Shown: positions 48,593-56,700 of the stretch, in pieces
How the letters are laid out: every line of letters begins with the position of its first letter
Numbering within the stretch: the first letter of the stretch is position 1
From: an uncultured Candidatus Saccharibacteria bacterium
GTDB lineage: Bacteria > Patescibacteriota > Minisyncoccia > Phycocordibacterales > Phycocordibacteraceae
Assembly: GCA_964650475.1 (NCBI GenBank)
Contig: CAZYRK010000001.1
Location: 8,356 to 72,355, forward strand
Direction of reading: 5' to 3'
Length of the DNA: 64,000 nt
Notes under the pieces: generated by a model
What the model was told of the DNA's origin: nothing
The model's database searches: none
The model's input: the letters and a program-made list of their open reading frames with translations, nothing else
Translations under genes and position numbers: made by a program

Positions 48593-51022
48593 GTGACAAA
48601 GAAAACAAATCCGATTCCAGTACATTTACATGAGCCTGCAGGTCTATCGACCGCAGAAGCTACACGTGTACGCCAACAAGTAGGACCAAACACACTTGAA
48701 GAAAAAAAGAGCGGTGCATTTGCAAAGTTTGTCTCATGGGTCGTCACTCCGATATCGCTGATGCTTCTTGTTGCCGCTTCCCTTTCTTTTTTCGCAGGAA
48801 AAATGGCTGACGGATGGATTATTATTTTTCTTTTTGCAACAAACTTCGGAATACGCATCTGGCATGAAGGAAAAGCTGATCAAGCCGTTGCAAAACTTCA
48901 AGAACACCTCACCGTATTCTCGCGCGTGCGCAGAGACGGTCACTGGCAACGCCTATCTGCCACAGAGATAGTCCCTGGAGATGTTGTGATGCTTTTGGTT
49001 GGTACTATTGTTCCGGCAGACGCAGTAATTTTCTCCGCTACAAACCTTTCTCTCAACGAGTCTATGCTTACCGGAGAATCTTTGCCACGTGATCGCACTG
49101 AAGGAGAAACAATTTATTCTGGTTCATTCGTAGCAACAGGTACGGCAATCGCAACCATTTCCGCAACAGGAAACCATACTTATTTCGGGAAGACTCTCGC
49201 TTCTGTCGAACACACAAAAAAACGCAGTGCCCTTGAGCAAGACATTCTCACAATCTCACGCTTCCTTTCTATTTTTGCAATTGTAGCGATTGTGATTTTG
49301 TCTGCATTTTTATTTACAAAACCGGGGATAAGCTGGATAGAGCTTGCAACACTCGACATATCCCTACTTATCGCAGGCATTCCTGTGGCACTTCCGACCG
49401 TTATGAGCCTCATTATAAGTATCGGGGTGCTGGAACTCGCAAAAAAGCAAGCTATCGTACGGCGCCTCGCCTCTCTTGAAGACCTTGCAAACGTGGACAT
49501 GCTTCTCTCCGACAAAACAGGCACTCTTACGGAAAACAAAATCCATGTCGATAGAGTGCTTGTACTCTCGGCAAAAGACGAAGCAGAAGTCCTTACTTTT
49601 GCAACCAGCGCTACCGACACTGCGGATGGAAATCCCCTAGAAAACGCAGTCATAGCGAAAGCAAAAGAGCTCCTTGCAATACGTCTTCCACAAACCGCAT
49701 TTACTCCCGGTGATTCAAAACGCAAAAGAAGTACTGCTTTTGTAACTAAAGACGATACCCCGTGGATAGTTACACTCGGAGCCCCGAGTACCGTGCGTGC
49801 TCTTTGCAAATTCAGTAACAAAACTTTAGAAAAACAATTCGACGAAGGAGTGGCAACCGCAGCGACACGTGGCGATCGCGCACTTGCCGTTGCAGTGCGG
49901 AGTAATGCAACAGAAGAAAAAGACCTCACCCCCCTCGGGATACTTTTTCTCTCTGACACTCTACGGAGCGACGCAAAAGAAACTATCGAAGGAATGTATG
50001 ACCAAGGTATTTCTGTAAAAATGCTTACCGGCGACGGTATTCAAATAGCAAAATATGTATCGGAAGAGCTGGGACTTCGAGGAGAGATTGTTAAACGTGA
50101 CATATTCGATTCACCGGAAAGGCTCGCAAGCTCTTTTGACGATGTTGGTGGCTTCGCAGAAGTATTACCAAAAGACAAGTACCTTGCGGTGGAAACAGCA
50201 AAAAAGACCCACGTCGTTGCGGTAACTGGTGATGGCGTAAATGATGTACCACCTATTAAAGCGGCTGATGTCGGCATCGCAGTAAAAAATTCTGTAGACG
50301 CTCTGCGCTCAAGTGCAGATATTGTACTTCTTGCCAACGGTATCTCTTCCATACGCGATGCTATTATAGAGGCACGAAAAGTTTTCTTGCGCGTATATCA
50401 CTACTCTGTTTACCGTATCTCAGAAAGCGCACGACTAATTATTACAATTACAATTATCGGAATTATTGTCGGCAACTACCCTCTCACTCCTGTACAAATT
50501 ATACTTCTCGCCGTATTAAACGACCTTCCAATAGTCTCTCTGGCTTTTGACCACGTCAACAAAGCACGCGAACCTGCAACGATTGACGTCCGTCGCAGAT
50601 TTATCCTAGGAAGTGTTTACGGTTTTACAGGCGTTCTAAACAGCATGCTCATGCTACTTATCGCTCTCACGGTACTGCATATTCCATGGGGTCAAGTACA
50701 AACACTTTTCTTCCTTAAGCTTGTGGTTTCCGGAAACCTTCTTATTTATGTAGCTCACACGGAAGAAAGATGGTTCCGATATCTGCCGAGCTGGCAAGTC
50801 ATGGCATCTATTTCAACAACCCAGTTTATAGCGACAGCATGGGCGCTAAGTGGTTTCTACACCTCCGCTCTTCCGATATGGCTTGTAGGATTTATCTGGG
50901 TATGGTCATTCTTCTGGATGCAAACAGCAGAGCTTGGCAAAATGCTTGTTGCGCGCTTCACAAAAGCAAAAGCAGGGAGCCCTCAGACGATGGCTACAGC
51001 TCCGACAACACAACCAAACTAA
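48593..51022 (+). CDS. P3A-type plasma-membrane H+-ATPase
   Basis: LTGESLP, GIPVALP, SDKTGTLT, MLTGD, GDGVND, YRISE, LND. Confidence 0.85.
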   Translation: MTKKTNPIPVHLHEPAGLSTAEATRVRQQVGPNTLEEKKSGAFAKFVSWVVTPISLMLLVAASLSFFAGKMADGWIIIFLFATNFGIRIWHEGKADQAVAKLQEHLTVFSRVRRDGHWQRLSATEIVPGDVVMLLVGTIVPADAVIFSATNLSLNESMLTGESLPRDRTEGETIYSGSFVATGTAIATISATGNHTYFGKTLASVEHTKKRSALEQDILTISRFLSIFAIVAIVILSAFLFTKPGISWIELATLDISLLIAGIPVALPTVMSLIISIGVLELAKKQAIVRRLASLEDLANVDMLLSDKTGTLTENKIHVDRVLVLSAKDEAEVLTFATSATDTADGNPLENAVIAKAKELLAIRLPQTAFTPGDSKRKRSTAFVTKDDTPWIVTLGAPSTVRALCKFSNKTLEKQFDEGVATAATRGDRALAVAVRSNATEEKDLTPLGILFLSDTLRSDAKETIEGMYDQGISVKMLTGDGIQIAKYVSEELGLRGEIVKRDIFDSPERLASSFDDVGGFAEVLPKDKYLAVETAKKTHVVAVTGDGVNDVPPIKAADVGIAVKNSVDALRSSADIVLLANGISSIRDAIIEARKVFLRVYHYSVYRISESARLIITITIIGIIVGNYPLTPVQIILLAVLNDLPIVSLAFDHVNKAREPATIDVRRRFILGSVYGFTGVLNSMLMLLIALTVLHIPWGQVQTLFFLKLVVSGNLLIYVAHTEERWFRYLPSWQVMASISTTQFIATAWALSGFYTSALPIWLVGFIWVWSFFWMQTAELGKMLVARFTKAKAGSPQTMATAPTTQPN

Positions 51023-51196
51023 CAACACCGTTCCGACAAACAAAACATATTAACAGTCTCTTGAAAAAAAGATTGCACATAAACATGCTTTATGGCATAC
51101 TAAATTTAACTCGCAGTGTCTCTTGAGCTTCATAACAACTTAGGTTGTTGTAAGCGTTCGGTACCCGGCGAGGGTTATCAGGTTCACTACGTACAC

Positions 51197-51502
51197 ATGC
51201 AAGAAGAAAACAAGAAAAAATTATTTGTCGGTGGTATCCCTTGGGCATCGACAGAGGAAGATGTTAGAAAAGCTTTTGAGGAGGTTGGTACGGTTGTATC
51301 GGTAAGTCTACCGATTGATCGTATGTACAATCGTCCGCGCGGATTCGGATTCGTCGAAATGTCGACTGAAGAAGAAGCACAGAAAGCCGTTGAACGATGG
51401 GATGGCAAAGACTTTGGTGGTCGCACACTTAAAGTTGATTTTGCTCGCCCTGAGAGCGAACGCCCGCCACGCGAAAATCGTGGAGGATACGGAAGCTACT
51501 AA
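51197..51502 (+). CDS. RRM RNA-binding protein
   Basis: KLFVGGI (RNP2), RGFGFVEM (RNP1); start MQEE (51197). Confidence 0.93.
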   Translation: MQEENKKKLFVGGIPWASTEEDVRKAFEEVGTVVSVSLPIDRMYNRPRGFGFVEMSTEEEAQKAVERWDGKDFGGRTLKVDFARPESERPPRENRGGYGSY

Positions 51503-51515
51503 ACTGCAATTCCGC

Positions 51516-51556
51516 AAAACAAAAATGGCGCGCCTTTGGCGCGCCATTTTTGTTTT
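51516..51556. terminator. Intrinsic terminator
   Basis: AAAACAAAAATGGCGCGCC-TTT-GGCGCGCCATTTTTGTTTT. Confidence 0.85.
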
Positions 51557-51604
51557 ATACAAAATAGGTTGCAAACTACCTTATCTACAATTACTATTTT
51601 CAAC

Positions 51605-52366
51605 ATGCCTTACCCCATACCAAATGAAGTTTCCAAAAAAGATGCCTCGTGGTTGCTTCGCGATAAGTACAGCGGTATCGAAAACGAAGAGTACGCCAAA
51701 GACATTAAGCGCCTCTCTCAAGGAGAGCCTCTCGGCTATGTTATCGGTTGGGTTCCTTTTTTGGGTACTCACATAAAATTGACCTCTCGCCCACTCATAC
51801 CACGCACCGAAACAGAGTGGTGGGTTGAAAAACTGATTAGCATACTGTCTACAAAATTTAGTACAGACGCCTTTACTCTACTCGACATGGGAGCCGGCTC
51901 CGGTGCAATAGGTTGCTCGATACTTGCCCACTTGCCAAACGTACATGTTTCGTTCGGAGAAATCAACAAAAAACATTTGGAAACCATACGCTCAAATATT
52001 ATCGATAACGACATAGACATCGCTCGTACCGACATACGCGCAGGAAACCTTTTTGAAAAATTCGAAAATAGAAAATTTGATGTAATCATATCGAACCCCC
52101 CGTACGTTCCAAAAAATCGAGAGCTTCCAAAAAGCGTCTCCTCTTACGAGCCTTCAGAAGCTCTTTACGCCGGAGAGGACGGACTTTCGGTTATTCGCGA
52201 ACTTGCAAAAAAACTTTCCGAGCACCTAACGCAAAACGGCTTTGCGTGGATAGAGGTGGACACAGAACATGCACAAGAAGCCGAGAATTTGTTTATACAA
52301 GCACATTTCAACACAAAGATACTAAACGACCAATATGGTCGCGCGCGTGTTGTTATGGCATACTAA
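51605..52366 (+). CDS. prmC: Release factor glutamine methyltransferase
   Basis: GEPLGY, LIPRTETE, DMGAGSGAI, SNPPY, EPSEAL. Confidence 0.9.
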   Translation: MPYPIPNEVSKKDASWLLRDKYSGIENEEYAKDIKRLSQGEPLGYVIGWVPFLGTHIKLTSRPLIPRTETEWWVEKLISILSTKFSTDAFTLLDMGAGSGAIGCSILAHLPNVHVSFGEINKKHLETIRSNIIDNDIDIARTDIRAGNLFEKFENRKFDVIISNPPYVPKNRELPKSVSSYEPSEALYAGEDGLSVIRELAKKLSEHLTQNGFAWIEVDTEHAQEAENLFIQAHFNTKILNDQYGRARVVMAY

Positions 52367-52373
52367 AGAAACT

Positions 52374-52631
52374 ATGAACGTTTCTCAAAAAGCTCTTACA
52401 TTTACTCCTGCAATGCCTTTTACACACTTTCTTTCAAGCATGGGCATAGGCAAAATAGAAATGATAGCGTTTGGCATTATTTTTATGATATGGATAATTT
52501 TTACAATAATATCCGCCTATCATTGGATACGATATAACTACCGCTCTGTTATAACATTACCGATGCTAGCGCTACACGTTTTCATTTCTTTTTCTCTTAT
52601 AATGTACGCATGGAGCGGAATTGCGATATAA
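52374..52631 (+). CDS. Small hypothetical membrane protein
   Basis: Two TM segments around YHWIRY; operonic spacing. Confidence 0.6.
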   Translation: MNVSQKALTFTPAMPFTHFLSSMGIGKIEMIAFGIIFMIWIIFTIISAYHWIRYNYRSVITLPMLALHVFISFSLIMYAWSGIAI

Positions 52632-52644
52632 CACAAATATAAAC

Positions 52645-53220
52645 ATGGAAGAATTTGGACTAGAAAAAGGTGAGCGAATTGTACGAAAGGTACGAGCACA
52701 CTGGATTGTGCTCGTCGGTTCGCTTTTGCCTATTGCGGTGCTTGCGATTGCTCCGTTTGCAATTAAACCTCTTCTTAATTTTTCCACCTCAGCGACACCT
52801 GCCCTCGCAATAATAACCAAAAACATTACCCTGTTTTCAAACAGCCCGCTAGCACATACGGTACTTGGTTTGTGGTGGCTACTCCTTTGGATAGGAGCTT
52901 TTAATACCATTACATATTATTTCCTAAACGTATGGGTGCTTACAACCGAGCGACTTGTTGAGATTCGCCAGCCACGGTATTTTAATCGAAAAGTTTCGAG
53001 TTTCTTTCTCAGTCGTGTTCAAGATGTATCATCAGATGTAAACGGTGTACTTGGCACACTTTTCGGTTTTGGTTTTATTCATGTCGAAACAGCCGGAGAA
53101 AGCGAAACATTTGAGATGCACGGCATACGCAGACCAAACGCATTACGTGATATTATCTTACATGAAATTGATGAAATCCATCGCAATCACGCCGGCAATT
53201 CCGGCACCGACGGATTATAA
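52645..53220 (+). CDS. Membrane protein with bacterial PH (bPH_2) domain
   Basis: GERIV..VRAHW, LTTERL, VQDV, FGFGFIHVETAG. Confidence 0.75.
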   Translation: MEEFGLEKGERIVRKVRAHWIVLVGSLLPIAVLAIAPFAIKPLLNFSTSATPALAIITKNITLFSNSPLAHTVLGLWWLLLWIGAFNTITYYFLNVWVLTTERLVEIRQPRYFNRKVSSFFLSRVQDVSSDVNGVLGTLFGFGFIHVETAGESETFEMHGIRRPNALRDIILHEIDEIHRNHAGNSGTDGL

Positions 53221-53241
53221 AAATCTGATACACTTTACTTC

Positions 53242-54510
53242 ATGACCGATTCAAACAAACTTTCAACAAACCCATACAAAGGAGTACGGGATTTCTACCC
53301 AAAAGACTGGGCACGCTTACAGGCTATTTTTACAAATATCAGAAAAACTCTGGCGAGATACGGATACGAAGAGTACAACGCGTCCCCTCTTGAGCGCGCT
53401 GAAATATATGAAAACAAAACGTCCGAAGAAATCGTAAATGAGCAAACCTATACTTTTACCGACCGAGGAAATCGCCGTGTCACACTTCGACCGGAAATGA
53501 CCCCGACACTCGCGCGCATGGTGGCCGGAAAGAGACGAGAAATACCATTTCCCATACGATGGTTTTCAATAGGAAACCGTTTTCGTTACGAACGCCCGCA
53601 ACACGGTCGCCTGCGAGAGTTCTACCAAACAGACGTAGACCTACTCGGAGTTTCCGGAGCTGAAGCTGATATTGAAATTGTCACGCTAGCCTCAACAATC
53701 CTAAAAGACTTCGGTGCCTCTGAAAAGGATTTCACAATCCGAATAAGCTCACGAGCGCTTTTAAACAGCGCTTGCGAATCTGTAGGACTCACTCCGGAAA
53801 AAATAAAAACTTACATGCACTTGCTCGACCGCAAAGCGAAAATGCCCGCAGATGACTTTGCTTCATCTGTACATGAGATAACCGACAAAGATCCTCTGGA
53901 GCTGATTACAGAGGGCGACAACTCAATCGTTGAGCGAGAACGGCGCGCTTTGCTTGACCTAATAGAGACACTTAAAGCACGGGGCATAACAAACGTTTTG
54001 TTCGACCCTAGTGTTACTCGCGGGTTCGACTACTACACCGGAATCGTTTTCGAAATATTCGATACAGATCCGGCAAACACACGGGCGATGTTTGGCGGAG
54101 GACGTTATGACAAACTCGTTACAATGTTTGGTGGCGACCCTATCCCTGCCGTAGGTTTTGGTATGGGCGACGTAACTCTAACCGACTTCCTAAACACACA
54201 CGAGCTTTCGGTTTCCATAAACACCAAACCGCAACTCTATATAGGCACACCGTCATTTGGAGACATTCCCGGAGCAAAAGAATTTGCACAAACATTGCGA
54301 GCACAAGGGGCTCGGGTTTTTGTAAACATTACAGAAAAATCACTCGGCGACCAGATTAAAGATGCTGTTAAACGCGAGATACCGCTTTTCCTTGCGTACG
54401 GAGAAAACGAAGTACGAAAAGATCTTGTTCGCTTAAAAATACTTGCAACAAGCGAGGAGATTGGTATGGCTTCCAACGAGCTTCCGCTATATTTACAATC
54501 ACAAAAATAA
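53242..54510 (+). CDS. hisS: Histidine--tRNA ligase
   Basis: KGVRDF, LRPEMT, RYERPQHGRLREF, RGFDYYTG, GGGRYD. Confidence 0.96.
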   Translation: MTDSNKLSTNPYKGVRDFYPKDWARLQAIFTNIRKTLARYGYEEYNASPLERAEIYENKTSEEIVNEQTYTFTDRGNRRVTLRPEMTPTLARMVAGKRREIPFPIRWFSIGNRFRYERPQHGRLREFYQTDVDLLGVSGAEADIEIVTLASTILKDFGASEKDFTIRISSRALLNSACESVGLTPEKIKTYMHLLDRKAKMPADDFASSVHEITDKDPLELITEGDNSIVERERRALLDLIETLKARGITNVLFDPSVTRGFDYYTGIVFEIFDTDPANTRAMFGGGRYDKLVTMFGGDPIPAVGFGMGDVTLTDFLNTHELSVSINTKPQLYIGTPSFGDIPGAKEFAQTLRAQGARVFVNITEKSLGDQIKDAVKREIPLFLAYGENEVRKDLVRLKILATSEEIGMASNELPLYLQSQK

Positions 54511-54512
54511 AA

Positions 54513-55091
54513 ATGCGAGCAATAACATTCGATATCGAAACAAAATCCACATCTGCCGTAAGAGGACGTGTTAATCCAGATGAAATGGAGCTGACTGTCG
54601 TTGCAATACACGATTCTGACACTGGAGAATACTCATCGTACTTCAAAGAAGAACTGCCGAAACTATGGCCAATACTTGAGCGGGCCGATATGCTTATCGG
54701 TTTCAATTCAAACACCTTCGATATTCCAATTCTAAACCGTTACTACCCTGGAGACTTGTCACTTATACACTCGCTAGATCTGCTTGTAGAGGTACACAAA
54801 GCTCTTGGGAGACGTATTCGCCTGCAACTTTTAGCGGAAGCAACACTTGGCAGAGGCAAGTCCGGAGATGGCTTAAAAGCAATTGACTGGTGGGCTGAAG
54901 GAAGGTTCGATGAGGTTCGCGAATACTGTATTGAAGACGTGCGCATAACGCGAGAGCTCTATGAATACGCACTGACTAACAAAAAACTTCGCTACAAAGA
55001 CCTGAAAGATTTCCGCGATATAAAAATTGACACTAGCGAATGGAATATAAGTACCGACCACCCCTCAATGACCCATACCCTTGGAATATAA
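54513..55091 (+). CDS. DEDD 3'-5' exonuclease (RNase_H_2/YprB-like)
   Basis: FDIET, GFNSNTFD, YCIEDV. Confidence 0.8.
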   Translation: MRAITFDIETKSTSAVRGRVNPDEMELTVVAIHDSDTGEYSSYFKEELPKLWPILERADMLIGFNSNTFDIPILNRYYPGDLSLIHSLDLLVEVHKALGRRIRLQLLAEATLGRGKSGDGLKAIDWWAEGRFDEVREYCIEDVRITRELYEYALTNKKLRYKDLKDFRDIKIDTSEWNISTDHPSMTHTLGI

Positions 55092-55113
55092 AACCCCCAT
55101 AAGTTGCGACGCG

Positions 55114-55580
55114 TTTGGGAAGGTCTAACCTTCCCACTTTTCCGAGAAAAACCCTTGGCATATTTTGGGAAGGTCTAACCTTCCCAACTTTTCACAAATA
55201 AAAACCTAAGCGGTACGTTGCGATGGATAGGGTAAGACATGGCCGAGCAGTTTTGCGGACACTAAGTGTCCGCAAAACTAAGTGTCCGCAGAAAGTGTCC
55301 GCAGAAATTAACCGCTAAAAACCTAAGCGGTACGTTGCGATGGTGCAGGGTAAAACTGCCGACATTGCCGACACTTAGTGTCGGCAGAGAGAGACTGTTC
55401 GCGTCATATTGTTTTGTAATGTAGCGCGTGGTTTTGGGGTTTAGATAGACCGGCTAAACATTTTGGGAAAGTTAGACCTTTTGCGGACACTTAGTGTCCG
55501 CAGAAATATAGCGCGTGGGTTTGCGGACACTTAGTGTCCGCAAAAATAGATTTTAGGAAGGTTAGACCTTCCTAACTTTT
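55114..55580. repeat. Mosaic palindromic cluster B
   Basis: Four P1 palindromes, three full plus one truncated P2 palindromes, two CCTAAGCGGTACGTTGCGATGG modules. Confidence 0.9.
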
Positions 55581-55640
55581 TCCGAGATGTTTTTAGACTA
55601 TAGATTTATATCGCTTAATTAAAATGGTATTATCGAAAAT

Positions 55641-56327
55641 ATGAAAAGAAGTTCTGTAATTCCAATAACAATCATCCTCGGCGGCATGCTCGTGGCAAGT
55701 GCTATATATATTACAACAATCCAAAAAGCCCCTCCACAAAAAATGCACTCCGATTTGTTTCGTCCTGTAAGCGTTACCGACCACATTCTTGGCAACCCAG
55801 ACGCCCCTGTAAAAATAATCGAGTACTCCGACCTTACCTGCAAATATTGCAAAGACTTCGACAATACAATGCGACAAATAATTAAGAAATACGGGGCGTC
55901 AGGAAATGTCGCATGGGTGTTTCGCGAGTTTCCATTAACCGAAATACATCCAAACGCCATGAGATTCGCTATCGCCGCCGAATGCGTTGCAAAAACCGCG
56001 GGAGAAACTGCATTTTGGAACTTCCTTAAAATTATTTTTGCAGACCAACCTGCCAATACAAAAAACTTGGGGCAATACGCCAAAGAATCTGGAGCGAACC
56101 CAGACGTCGTAGCAACTTGTATCATTAGCGGTTCTGTAAACAAAAAAATAAATGCGGACAGAAAAAACGCTCTCTCTATAGGAGCAAGCGGCACGCCTTA
56201 TTCTCTCATCACAACATACGGAGCCCCTCCCGTTATTATAAATGGCGCGTATCCATACGACTATATTGAACAAGAAATAAACACAGCTCTAAATATAGCC
56301 AGCTCAACCGAGGCGGCACAAAAATAA
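55641..56327 (+). CDS. DsbA-family (thioredoxin_4) oxidoreductase, membrane-anchored
   Basis: DHILGNPDAPV, CKYC, FPL..IHP, GTP, GAYP. Confidence 0.9.
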   Translation: MKRSSVIPITIILGGMLVASAIYITTIQKAPPQKMHSDLFRPVSVTDHILGNPDAPVKIIEYSDLTCKYCKDFDNTMRQIIKKYGASGNVAWVFREFPLTEIHPNAMRFAIAAECVAKTAGETAFWNFLKIIFADQPANTKNLGQYAKESGANPDVVATCIISGSVNKKINADRKNALSIGASGTPYSLITTYGAPPVIINGAYPYDYIEQEINTALNIASSTEAAQK

Positions 56328-56340
56328 AATCGACTAGCAT

Positions 56341-56700
56341 TTGGGAAGGTCTAACCTTCCCAACATGAACCGCTAAAAACCTAAGCGGTACGTTGCGATG
56401 GATAGGGTAAGACATGAGTTTTGCGGACACTTAGTGTCCGCAAAAGTGTAGCGCATGGTTTTGTAGTGCGTGGTTTTGATATCTAAGAGACCAGCTAACA
56501 TGAACAGCTAAAAAGCACGCGGTACGTTGCGATGAGTTTTGCGGACACTAAGTGTCCGCAAAATAGTATCGGCAGAAATTAACACTTGCGGACACTTAGT
56601 GTCCGCAAAAGTGTCCGCAAAAAGTGTCCGCAGAAATGTAGCGCGGGGGTTTGGGGTTTGGGGTTTGGGGTTTGGGGTTTGGGGTTTGGGGAGACCAGCT
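56341..56700. repeat. Mosaic palindromic cluster C ending in a (GGGGTTT)n tract
   Basis: One P2, three P1, backbone modules; seven G-tracts separated by TTT at 56645-56691. Confidence 0.9.

Noticed and set aside
56645-56691. Eukaryotic telomere contamination or a chromosome end
   Set aside because: The tract is internal, sits inside a backbone module also present at 47972 and 55419, and is flanked by bacterial genes.
47632-56700. Repeat clusters as CRISPR arrays
   Set aside because: Spacing is irregular, orientations are mixed, intervening sequences are themselves repeated, and no cas genes are present.
40497-56700. Replication origin or recent inversion at the gene-strand switch
   Set aside because: There is no DnaA-box cluster, and by eye the + strand stays C/A-rich on both sides; a computed cumulative GC skew would settle it.
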